Source of the DNA: Eledone cirrhosa
Taxonomy: Eukaryota
Length of the DNA: 64,000 nucleotides
Direction of reading: 5' to 3'
NCBI GenBank assembly: GCA_964016885.1
Contig: OZ024741.1
Location: forward strand, 404,984,001-405,048,000
Position 1 is the first letter of the stretch. The number at the start of each line of letters is the position of its first letter. Below the pieces are notes generated by a model, which did no database searches, was not told the origin of the DNA, and worked only from the letters and a program-made list of their open reading frames with translations. Of this stretch, positions 47,501-62,500 are shown one piece after another. Made by a program: the position numbers and the translations under genes.

Positions 47501-50500
47501 TTTTATAATTAATTTTTACAGATTTTCACAACTATTTTATAATTAATTGTGACAACCTTCACAACTATTTTATAATGAATTGTGACAACCGTCACAAGTA
47601 TTTTATAATTAATTTTTACAGCTTTTCACAACTATTTTATAATTAATTGTGACAACCTTCACAACTATTTTATAATGAATTGTGACAACCTTCACAACTA
47701 TTTTATAATTGATTTTTACAGCTTTTCACAACTATTTTATAATTGATTGTGACAACCTTCACAACTATTTTATAATTAATTGTGACAACCTTCACAACTA
47801 TTTTATAATGAATCGTGACAACCTTCACAACTATTTTATAATTAATTGTGACAACCTTCACAACTATTTTATAATTAATTGTGACAAACTTCACAACTAT
47901 TTTATAATTAATTTTTAAAGATTTTCACAACTATTTTATAATTAATTGTGACAACCTTCACAACTATTTTATAATTAATTGTGACAACCTTCAAAACTAT
48001 TTTATAATTAATTGTGACAACCTTCATAACTATTTTATAATTAATTTTTACTGCTTTTCACAACTATTGTATAATTAATTCTGACAACCTTCACAACTAT
48101 TTTATAATGAATCGTGACAACCTTCACAACTATTTTATAATGAATTGTGACAACCTTCACAACTATTTTATAATTAATTGTGACAACCTTCACAACTATT
48201 TTATAATGAATTGTGACAACCTTCACAACTATTTTATAATTAATTTTTTCAGCTTTTCACAACTATTTTATAATGTATTGTGACAACCTTCACAACTATT
48301 TTATAATGAATTGTGACAACCTTCACAACTATTTTATAATTAATTGTGACAACCTTCACAACTATTTTATAATTAATTTTTACAGCTTTTCACAACTATT
48401 TTATAATTAATTGTGACAACCTTCACAACTATTTTATAATTAATTGTGACAACCTTCACAAATATTTTATAATTAATTTTTAAAGGTTTTCACAGCTATT
48501 TTATAATTAATTGTGACAACCTTCACAACTGTTTTATAATTAATTTTTACAGCTTTTCACAACTATTTTATAATTAATTGTGACAACCTTCACAACTATT
48601 TTATAATTAATTGTGACAACCTTCACAACTATTTTATAATTAATTTTTACAGATTTTCACAACTATTTTATAATTAATTGTGACAACCTTCACAACTATT
48701 TTATAATGAATTGTGACAACCTTCACAACTATTTTATAATTAATTTTTACAGCTATTCACAACTATTTTATAATTAATAATTAATTGTGACAACCTTCAC
48801 AACTATTTTATAATTAATTTTTGCAGATTTTCACAACTATTTTATAATTAATTGTGACAACCTTCACAACTATTTTATAATGAATTGTGACAACCGTCAC
48901 AACTATTTTATAATTAATTTTTACAGCTTTTCACAACTATTTTATAATTAATTGTGACAACCTTCACAACTATTTTATAATGAATTGTGACAACCTTCAC
49001 AACTATTTTATAATTGATTTTTACAGTTTTTCACAACTATTTTATAATTGATTGTGACAACCTTCACAACTATTTTATAATTAATCGTGACAACCTTCAC
49101 ACCTATTTTATAATTAATTGTGACAACCTTCACAACTATTTTATAATTAATTGTGACAAACTTCACAACTATTTTATAATTGATTTTTACAGTTTTTCAC
49201 AACTATTTTATAATTGATTGTGACAACCTTCACAACTATTTTATAATTAATTTTTAAAGATTTTCACAACTATTTGATAATGAATTGTGACAACCTTCAC
49301 AACTATTTTATAATTAATCGTGACAACCTTCACAACTATTTTATAATTAATTGTGACAACCTTCACAACTATTTTATAATTAATTGTGACAACCTTCAAA
49401 ACTATTTGATAATTAATTGTGACAACCTTCATAACTATTTTATAATTAATTTTTACTGCTTTTCACAACTATTTTATAAATAATTGTGACAACATTCACA
49501 ACTATTTTATAATTAATTTTTACAGCTTTTCACAACTATTTTATAATGAATTGTAACAAACTTCACAACTATTTTATAATTAATTTTTACAGCTTTTCAC
49601 AACTATTTTATAATTAATTTTTTCAGCTTTTCACAACTATTTTATAATGAACTGTGACAACCTTCACAACTATTTTATAATGAATTGTGACAACCTTCAC
49701 AATTATTTTATAATTAATTTTTACAGATTTTCACAACTATTTTATAATTAATTGTGACAACCTTCACAACTATTTTATAATGAATTGTGACAACCTTCAC
49801 AACTATTTTACAATTAATTGTGACAACCTTCGCAACAATTTTATAATGAATTGTGACAACCTTCACAACTATTTTATAATTAATTGTGACAACCTTCACA
49901 ACTATTTTATAATGAATTGTGACAACCTTCACAACTATTTTATAATGAATTGTGACAACCTTCACAACTATTTTATTATTAATTGTGACAACCTTCAAAA
50001 CTATTTTATAATGAATTGTGACAACATTCACAACTATTTTATAATGAATTGTGACAACCTTCACAACTATTTTATAATTAATTGTGACAACCTTCACAAC
50101 TATTTTATAATGAATCGTGACAACCTTCACAACTATTTTATAATTAATTGTGACAACCTTCACAACTATTTTATAATTAATTGTGACAAACTTCACAACT
50201 ATTTTATAATTAATTTTTAAAGATTTTCACAACTATTTTATAATTAATTGTGACAACCTTCACAACTATTTTATAATTAATTGTGACAACCTTCAAAACT
50301 ATTTTATAATTAATTGTGACAACCTTCATAACTATTTTATAATTAATTTTTACTGCTTTTCGCAACTATTGTATAATTAATTCTGACAACCTTCACAACT
50401 ATTTTATAATGAATCGTGACAACCTTCACAACTATTTTATAATGAATTGTGACAACCTTCACAACTATTTTATAATGAATTGTGACAACCTTCACAAATA

Positions 50501-53500
50501 TTTTATAATTAATTTTTAAAGGTTTTCACAGCTATTTTATAATTAATTGTGACAACCTTCACAACTGTTTTATAATTAATTTTTACAGCTTTTCACAACT
50601 ATTTTATAATTAATTGTGACAACCTTCACAACTATTTTATAATTAATTTTTACAGCTTTTCACAACTATTTTATAATGAATTGTGACAACCTTCACAGCT
50701 ATTTTATAATTAATTTTTACAGCTTTTCACAACTATTTTATAATTAATTGTGACAACCTTCACAACTATTTTATAATTAATTTTTACAGCTTTTCACAAC
50801 TATTTTATAATGAATTGTGACAACCTTCACAACTATTTCATAATTAATTTTTACAGCTTTTCACAACTATTTTATAATTAATTGTGACAACTTTCACAAC
50901 TATTTTATAATTAATTTTTTCAGCCTTTCACAACTATTTTATAATGAACTGTGACAACCTTCACAACTATTTTATAATGAATTGTGACAACCTTCACAAC
51001 TATTTTATAATGAATTGTGACAAACTTCACAACTATTTTATAATTAATTTTTAAAGATTTTCACAACTATTTGATAATTAATTGTGACAACCTTCACAAC
51101 TATTTTATAATTAATCGTGACAACCTTCACAAATATTTTATAATGAATTGTGACAACCTTCACAACTATTTTATAATTAATTGTGACAACCTTCAAAACT
51201 ATTTTATAATTAATTGTGACAACCTTCACAACTATTTTATAATGAATTGTGACAACCTTCACAACTATTTTATAATGAATTGTGACAATCTTCACAACTA
51301 TTTTATAATTAATTTTTACAGCTTTTCACAACTATTTTATAATTAATTGTGACAACCTTCACAACTATTTTATAATTAATTGTGACAACCTTCACAACTA
51401 TTTTATAATTAATATTTACAGATTTTCACAACTATTTTATAATTAATTGTGACAACCTTCACAACTATTTTATAATGAATTGTGACAACCGTCACAACTA
51501 TTTTATAATTAATTTTTACAGCTTTTCACAACTATTTTATAATTAATTGTGACAACCTTCACAACTATTTTATAATGAATTGTGACAACCTTCATAACTA
51601 TTTTATAATTAATTTTTACTGCTTTTCACAACTATTTTATAAATAATTGTGACAACCTTCACAACTATTTTATAATTAATTTTTAAAGATTTTCACAACT
51701 ATTTGATAATGAATTGTGACAACCTTCACAACTATTTTATAATTAATCGTGACAACCTTCACAACTATTTTATAATTAATTGTGACAACCTTCACAACTA
51801 TTTTATAATTAATTGTGACAAACTTCACAACTATTTTATAATTAATTTTTAAAGATTTTCACAACTATTTGATAATTAATTGTGACAACCTTCACAACTA
51901 TTTTATAATTAATCGTGACAACCTTCACAAATATTTTATAATGAATTGTGACAACCTTCACAACTATTTTATAATTAATTGTGACAACCTTCAAAACTAT
52001 TTTATAATTAATTGTGACAACCTTCATAACTATTTTATAATTAATTTTTACTGCTTTTCACAACTATTTTATAAATAATTGTGACAACATTCACAACTAT
52101 TTTATAATTAATTTTTACAGCTTTTCACAACTATTTTATAATGAATTGTGACAACCTTCACAACTATTTTATAATTAATTTTTACAGCTTTTCACAACTA
52201 TTTTATAATTAATTGTGACAACCTTCACAACTATTTTATAATTAATTTTTTCAGCTTTTCACAACTATTTTATAATGAACTGTGACAACCTTCACAACTA
52301 TTTTATAATGAATTGTGACAACCTTCACAATTATTTTATAATTAATTTTTACAGATTTTCACAACTATTTTATAATTAATTGTGACAACCTTCACAACTA
52401 TTTTATAATGAATTGTGACAACCTTCACAACTATTTTACAATTAATTGTGACAACCTTCGCAACAATTTTATAATGAATTGTGACAACCTTCACAACTAT
52501 TTTATAATTAATTGTGACAACCTTCACAACTATATTATAATGAATTGTGACAACCTTCACAACTATTTTATTATTAATTGTGACAACCTTCAAAACTATT
52601 TTATAATGAATTGTGACAACATTCACAACTATTTTATAATGAATTGTGACAACCTTCACAACTATTTTATAATTAATTGTGACAACATTCACAACTATTT
52701 TATAATGAATTGTGACAACCTTCACAACTATTTTATAATGAATTGTGACAACCTTCACAACTATTTTATAATTAATTGTGACAACCTTCACAACTATTTT
52801 ATAATTAATTTTTACAGCTTTTCACAACTATTTTATAATTAATTGTGACAACCTCCACAACTATTTTATAATTAATTGTGACAACCTTCACAACTATTTT
52901 ATAATTAATTGTGACAACCTTCACAACTATTTCATAATGAATTGTGACAACCTTCACAACTATTTCATAATGAATTGTGACATCCTTCACAACTATTTTA
53001 TAATTAATTGTGACAACATTCACAACTATTTTATAATGAACTGTGACAACCTTCACAACTATTTTATAATGAATTGTGACAACCTTCACAACTATTTTAT
53101 AATTAATTGTGACAACCTTCACAACTATTTTATAATGAATCGTGACAACCTTCACAACTATTTATAATGAATTGTGACAACCTTCACAACTATTTTATAA
53201 TTAATTGTGACAACCTTCACAACTATTTTATAATGAATTGTGACAACCTTCACAACTATTTTATAATTAATTTTTTCAGCTTTTCACAACTATTTTATAA
53301 TGTATTGTGACAACCTTCACAACTATTTTATAATGAATTGTGACAACCTTCACAACTATTTTATAATTAATTGTGACAACCTTCACAACTATTTTATAAT
53401 TAATTTTTACAGCTTTTCACAACTATTTTATAATTAATTGTGACAACCTTCACAACTATTTTATAATTAATTTTTAAAGGTTTTCACAGCTATTTTATAA

Positions 53501-56500
53501 TTAATTGTGACAACCTTCACAACTGTTTTATAATTAATTTTTACAGCTTTTCAGAACTATTTTATAATTAATTGTGACAACCTTCACAACTATTTTATAA
53601 TTAATTTTTACAGCTTTTCACAACTATTTTATAATGGATTGTGACAACCTTCACAGATATTTTATAATTAATTTTTACAGCTTTTCACAACTATTTTATA
53701 ATTAATTGTGACAACCTTCACAACTATTTTATAATTCATTTTTACAGCTTTTCACAACTATTTTATAATGATTTGTGACAACCTTCACAACTATTTTATA
53801 ATTAATCTTTACAGCTTTTCACAACTATTTTATAATTAATTGTGACAACTTTCACAACTATTTTATAATTAATTTTTTCAGCTTTTTACAACTATTTTAT
53901 AATGAACTGTGACAACCTTCACAAATATTTTATAATGAATTGTGACAACCTTCACAACTATTTTATAATGAATTGTGACAATCTTCACAACTATTTTATA
54001 ATTAATTTTTACAGCTTTTCACAACTATTTTATAATTAATTGTGACAACCTTCACAACTATTTTATAATTAATTGTGACAACCTTCACAACTATTTTATA
54101 ATTAATTTTTACAGATTTTCACAACTATTTTATAATTAATTGTGACAACCTTCACAACTATTTTATAATTAATTTTTACAGCTTTTCACAACTATTTTAT
54201 AATTAATAATTAATTGTGACAACCTTCACATCTATTTTATAATTAATTTTTACAGATTTTCACAACTATTTTATAATTAATTGTGACAACCTTCACAACT
54301 ATTTTATAATGAATTGTGACAACCGTCACAAGTATTTTATAATTAATTTTTACAGCTTTTCACAACTATTTTATAATTAATTGTGACAACCTTCACAACT
54401 ATTTTATAATGAATTGTGACAACCTTCACAACTATTTTATAATTGATTTTTACAGCTTTTCACAACTATTTTATAATTGATTGTGACAACCTTCACAACT
54501 ATTTTATAATTAATTGTGACAACCTTCACAACTATTTTATAATGAATCGTGACAACCTTCACAACTATTTTATAATTAATTGTGACAACCTTCACAACTA
54601 TTTTATAATTAATTGTGACAAACTTCACAACTATTTTATAATTAATTTTTAAAGATTTTCACAACTATTTTATAATTAATTGTGACAACCTTCACAACTA
54701 TTTTATAATTAATTGTGACAACCTTCAAAACTATTTTATAATTAATTGTGACAACCTTCATAACTATTTTATAATTAATTTTTACTGCTTTTCACAACTA
54801 TTGTATAATTAATTCTGACAACCTTCACAACTATTTTATAATGAATCGTGACAACCTTCACAACTATTTTATAATGAATTGTGACAACCTTCACAACTAT
54901 TTTATAATTAATTGTGACAACCTTCACAACTATTTTATAATGAATTGTGACAACCTTCACAACTATTTTATAATTAATTTTTTCAGCTTTTCACAACTAT
55001 TTTATAATGTATTGTGACAACCTTCACAACTATTTTATAATGAATTGTGACAACCTTCACAACTATTTTATAATTAATTGTGACAACCTTCACAACTATT
55101 TTATAATTAATTTTTACAGCTTTTCACAACTATTTTATAATTAATTGTGACAACCTTCACAACTATTTTATAATTAATTGTGACAACCTTCACAAATATT
55201 TTATAATTAATTTTTAAAGGTTTTCACAGCTATTTTATAATTAATTGTGACAACCTTCACAACTATTTTATAATGAATTGTGACAACCTTCACAACTATT
55301 TTATAATTAATTTTTTCAGCTTTTCACAACTATTTTATAATGTATTGTGACAACCTTCACAACTATTTTATAATGTATTGTGACAACCTTCACAACTATT
55401 TTATAATGAATTGTGACAACCTTCACAACTATTTTATAATTAATTGTGACAACCTTCACAACTATTTTATAATTAATTTTTACAGCTTTTCACAACTATT
55501 TTATAATTAATTGTGACAACCTTCACAACTATTTTATAATTAATTTTTAAAGGTTTTCACAGCTATTTTATAATTAATTGTGACAACCTTCACAACTGTT
55601 TTATAATTAATTTTTACAGCTTTTCAGAACTATTTTATAATTAATTGTGACAACCTTCACAACTATTTTATAATTAATTTTTACAGCTTTTCACAACTAT
55701 TTTATAATGGATTGTGACAACCTTCACAGATATTTTATAATTAATTTTTACAGCTTTTCACAACTATTTTATAATTAATTGTGACAACCTTCACAACTAT
55801 TTTATAATTCATTTTTACAGCTTTTCACAACTATTTTATAATGATTTGTGACAACCTTCACAACTATTTTATAATTAATCTTTACAGCTTTTCACAACTA
55901 TTTTATAATTAATTGTGACAACTTTCACAACTATTTTATAATTAATTTTTTCAGCTTTTTACAACTATTTTATAATGAACTGTGACAACCTTCACAAATA
56001 TTTTATAATGAATTGTGACAACCTTCACAACTATTTTATAATGAATTGTGACAATCTTCACAACTATTTTATAATTAATTTTTACAGCTTTTCACAACTA
56101 TTTTATAATTAATTGTGACAACCTTCACAACTATTTTATAATTAATTGTGACAACCTTCACAACTATTTTATAATTAATTTTTACAGATTTTCACAACTA
56201 TTTTATAATTAATTGTGACAACCTTCACAACTATTTTATAATTAATTTTTACAGCTTTTCACAACTATTTTATAATTAATAATTAATTGTGACAACCTTC
56301 ACATCTATTTTATAATTAATTTTTACAGATTTTCACAACTATTTTATAATTAATTGTGACAACCTTCACAACTATTTTATAATGAATTGTGACAACCGTC
56401 ACAAGTATTTTATAATTAATTTTTACAGCTTTTCACAACTATTTTATAATTAATTGTGACAACCTTCACAACTATTTTATAATGAATTGTGACAACCTTC

Positions 56501-59500
56501 ACAACTATTTTATAATTGATTTTTACAGCTTTTCACAACTATTTTATAATTGATTGTGACAACCTTCACAACTATTTTATAATTAATTGTGACAACCTTC
56601 ACAACTATTTTATAATGAATCGTGACAACCTTCACAACTATTTTATAATTAATTGTGACAACCTTCACAACTATTTTATAATTAATTGTGACAAACTTCA
56701 CAACTATTTTATAATTAATTTTTAAAGATTTTCACAACTATTTTATAATTAATTGTGACAACCTTCACAACTATTTTATAATTAATTGTGACAACCTTCA
56801 AAACTATTTTATAATTAATTGTGACAACCTTCATAACTATTTTATAATTAATTTTTACTGCTTTTCACAACTATTGTATAATTAATTCTGACAACCTTCA
56901 CAACTATTTTATAATGAATCGTGACAACCTTCACAACTATTTTATAATGAATTGTGACAACCTTCACAACTATTTTATAATTAATTGTGACAACCTTCAC
57001 AACTATTTTATAATGAATTGTGACAACCTTCACAACTATTTTATAATTAATGTTTTCAGCTTTTCACAACTATTTTATAATGTATTGTGACAACCTTCAC
57101 AACTATTTTATAATGAATTGTGACAACCTTCACAACTATTTTATAATTAATTGTGACAACCTTCACAACTATTTTATAATTAATTTTTACAGCTTTTCAC
57201 AACTATTTTATAATTAATTGTGACAACCTTCACAACTATTTTATAATTAATTGTGACAACCTTCACAAATATTTTATAATTAATTTTTAAAGGTTTTCAC
57301 AGCTATTTTATAATTAATTGTGACAACCTTCACAACTGTTTTATAATTAATTTTTACAGCTTTTCACAACTATTTTATAATTAATTGTGACAACCTTCAC
57401 AACTATTTTATAATTAATTTTTACAGCTTTTCACAACTATTTTATAATGAATTGTGACAACCTTCACAGCTATTTTATAATTAATTTTTACAGCTTTTCA
57501 CAACTATTTTATAATTAATTGTGACAACCTTCACAACTATTTTATAATTAATTTTTACAGCTTTTCACAACTATTTTATAATGAATTGTGACAACCTTCA
57601 CAACTATTTTATAATTAATTTTTACAGCTTTTCACAACTATTTTATAATTAATTGTGACAACTTTCACAACTATTTTATAATTAATTTTTTCAGCCTTTC
57701 ACAACTATTTTATAATGAACTGTGACAACCTTCACAACTATTTTATAATGAATTGTGACAACCTTCACAACTATTTTATAATGAATTGTGACAATCTTCA
57801 CAACTATTTTATAATTAATTTTTACAGCTTTTCACAACTATTTTATAATTAATTGTGACAACCTTCACAACTATTTTATAATTAATTGTGACAACCTTCA
57901 CAACTATTTTATAATTAATTTTTACAGATTTTCACAACTATTTTATAATTAATTGTGACAACCTTCACAACTATTTTATAATGAATTGTGACAACCTTCA
58001 CAACTATTTTATAATTAATTTTTACAGCTATTCACAACTATTTTATAATTAATAATTAATTGTGACAACCTTCACAACTATTTTATAATTAATTTTTGCA
58101 GATTTTCACAACTATTTTATAATTAATTGTGACAACCTTCACAACTATTTTATAATGAATTGTGACAACCGTCACAACTATTTTATAATTAATTTTTACA
58201 GCTTTTCACAACTATTTTATAATTAATTGTGACAACCTTCACAACTATTTTATAATGAATTGTGACAACCTTCACAACTATTTTATAATTGATTTTTACA
58301 GTTTTTCACAACTATTTTATAATTGATTGTGACAACCTTCACAACTATTTTATAATTAATTTTTAAAGATTTTCACAACTATTTGATAATGAATTGTGAC
58401 AACCTTCACAACTATTTTATAATTAATCGTGACAACCTTCACACCTATTTTATAATTAATTGTGACAACCTTCACAACTATTTTATAATTAATTGTGACA
58501 AACTTCACAACTATTTTATAATTGATTTTTACAGTTTTTCACAACTATTTTATAATTGATTGTGACAACCTTCACAACTATTTTATAATTAATTTTTAAA
58601 GATTTTCACAACTATTTGATAATGAATTGTGACAACCTTCACAACTATTTTATAATTAATCGTGACAACCTTCACAACTATTTTATAATTAATTGTGACA
58701 ACCTTCACAACTATTTTATAATTAATTGTGACAACCTTCAAAACTATTTGATAATTAATTGTGACAACCTTCATAACTATTTTATAATTAATTTTTACTG
58801 CTTTTCACAACTATTTTATAAATAATTGTGACAACATTCACAACTATTTTATAATTAATTTTTACAGCTTTTCACAACTATTTTATAATGAATTGTGACA
58901 AACTTCACAACTATTTTATAATTAATTTTTACAGCTTTTCACAACTATTTTATAATTAATTGTGACAACCTTCACAACTATTTTATAATTAATTTTTTCA
59001 GCTTTTCACAACTATTTTATAATGAACTGTGACAACCTTCACAACTATTTTATAATGAATTGTGACAACCTTCACAATTATTTTATAATTAATTTTTACA
59101 GATTTTCACAACTATTTTATAATTAATTGTGACAACCTTCACAACTATTTTATAATGAATTGTGACAACCTTCACAACTATTTTACAATTAATTGTGACA
59201 ACCTTCGCAACAATTTTATAATGAATTGTGACAACCTTCACAACTATTTTATAATTAATTGTGACAACCTTCACAACTATTTTATAATGAATTGTGACAA
59301 CCTTCACAACTATTTTATAATGAATTGTGACAACCTTCACAACTATTTTATTATTAATTGTGACAACCTTCAAAACTATTTTATAATGAATTGTGACAAC
59401 ATTCACAACTATTTTATAATGAATTGTGACAACCTTCACAACTATTTTATAATTAATTGTGACAACCTTCACAACTATTTTATAATGAATCGTGACAACC

Positions 59501-62500
59501 TTCACAACTATTTTATAATTAATTGTGACAACCTTCACAACTATTTTATAATTAATTGTGACAAACTTCACAACTATTTTATAATTAATTTTTAAAGATT
59601 TTCACAACTATTTTATAATTAATTGTGACAACCTTCACAACTATTTTATAATTAATTGTGACAACCTTCAAAACTATTTTATAATTAATTGTGACAACCT
59701 TCATAACTATTTTATAATTAATTTTTACTGCTTTTCACAACTATTGTATAATTAATTCTGACAACCTTCACAACTATTTTATAATGAATCGTGACAACCT
59801 TCACAACTATTTTATAATGAATTGTGACAACCTTCACAACTATTTTATAATGAATTGTGACAACCTTCACAAATATTTTATAATTAATTTTTAAAGGTTT
59901 TCACAGCTATTTTATAATTAATTGTGACAACCTTCACAACTGTTTTATAATTAATTTTTACAGCTTTTCACAACTATTTTATAATTAATTGTGACAACCT
60001 TCACAACTATTTTATAATTAATTTTTACAGCTTTTCACAACTATTTTATAATGAATTGTGACAACCTTCACAGCTATTTTATAATTAATTTTTACAGCTT
60101 TTCACAACTATTTTATAATTAATTGTGACAACCTTCACAACTATTTTAGAATTAATTTTTACAGCTTTTCACAACTATTTTATAATGAATTGTGACAACC
60201 TTCACAACTATTTCATAATTAATTTTTACAGCTTTTCACAACTATTTTATAATTAATTGTGACAACTTTCACAACTATTTTATAATTAATTTTTTCAGCC
60301 TTTCACAACTATTTTGTAATGAACTGTGACAACCTTCACAACTATTTTATAATGAATTGTGACAACCTTCACAACTATTTTATAATGAATTGTGACAAAC
60401 TTCACAACTATTTTATAATTAATTTTTAAAGATTTTCACAACTATTTGATAATTAATTGTGACAACCTTCACAACTATTTTATAATTAATCGTGACAACC
60501 TTCACAAATATTTTATAATGAATTGTGACAACCTTCACAACTATTTTATAATTAATTGTGACAACCTTCAAAACTATTTTATAATTAATTGTGACAACCT
60601 TCACAACTATTTTATAATTAATTTTTTCAGCTTTTCACAACTATTTTATAATGAACTGTGACAACCTTCACAACTATTTTATAATGAATTGTGACAACCT
60701 TCACAATTATTTTATAATTAATTTTTACAGATTTTCACAACTATTTTATAATTAATTGTGACAACCTTCACAACTATTTTATAATGAATTGTGACAACCT
60801 TCACAACTATTTTACAATTAATTGTGACAACCTTCGCAACAATTTTATAATGAATTGTGACAACCTTCACAACTATTTTATAATTAATTGTGACAACCTT
60901 CACAACTATATTATAATGAATTGTGACAACCTTCACAACTATTTTATTATTAATTGTGACAACCTTCAAAACTATTTTATAATGAATTGTGACAACATTC
61001 ACAACTATTTTATAATGAATTGTGACAACCTTCACAACTATTTTATAATTAATTGTGACAACATTCACAACTATTTTATAATGAATTGTGACAACCTTCA
61101 CAACTATTTTATAATGAATTGTGACAACCTTCACAACTATTTTATAATTAATTGTGACAACCTTCACAACTATTTTATAATTAATTTTTACAGCTTTTCA
61201 CAACTATTTTATAATTAATTGTGACAACCTCCACAACTATTTTATAATTAATTGTGACAACCTTCACAACTATTTTATAATTAATTGTGACAACCTTCAC
61301 AACTATTTCATAATGAATTGTGACAACCTTCACAACTATTTCATAATGAATTGTGACATCCTTCACAACTATTTTATAATTAATTGTGACAACCTTCACA
61401 ACTATTTTATAATGAACTGTGACAACCTTCACAACTATTTTATAATGAATTGTGACAACCTTCACAACTATTTTATAATTAATTGTGACAACCTTCACAA
61501 CTATTTTATAATGAATCGTGACAACCTTCACAACTATTTATAATGAATTGTGACAACCTTCACAACTATTTTATAATTAATTGTGACAACCTTCACAACT
61601 ATTTTATAATGAATTGTGACAACCTTCACAACTATTTTATAATTAATTTTTTCAGCTTTTCACAACTATTTTATAATGTATTGTGACAACCTTCACAACT
61701 ATTTTATAATGAATTGTGACAACCTTCACAACTATTTTATAATTAATTGTGACAACCTTCACAACTATTTTATAATTAATTTTTACAGCTTTTCACAACT
61801 ATTTTATAATTAATTGTGACAACCTTCACAACTATTTTATAATTAATTTTTAAAGGTTTTCACAGCTATTTTATAATTAATTGTGACAACCTTCACAACT
61901 GTTTTATAATTAATTTTTACAGCTTTTCAGAACTATTTTATAATTAATTGTGACAACCTTCACAACTATTTTATAATTAATTTTTACAGCTTTTCACAAC
62001 TATTTTATAATGGATTGTGACAACCTTCACAGCTATTTTATAATTAATTTTTACAGCTTTTCACAACTATTTTATAATTAATTGTGACAACCTTCACAAC
62101 TATTTTATAATTCATTTTTACAGCTTTTCACAGCTATTTTATAATGATTTGTGACAACCTTCACAACTATTTTATAATTAATCTTTACAGCTTTTCACAA
62201 CTATTTTATAATTAATTGTGACAACTTTCACAACTATTTTATAATTAATTTTTTCAGCTTTTTACAACTATTTTATAATGAACTGTGACAACCTTCACAA
62301 CTATTTTATAATGAATTGTGACAACCTTCACAACTATTTTATAATGAATTGTGACAATCTTCACAACTATTTTATAATTAATTTTTACAGCTTTTCACAA
62401 CTATTTTATAATTAATTGTGACAACCTTCACAACTATTTTATAATTAATTGTGACAACCTTCACAACTATTTTATAATTAATTTTTACAGATTTTCACAA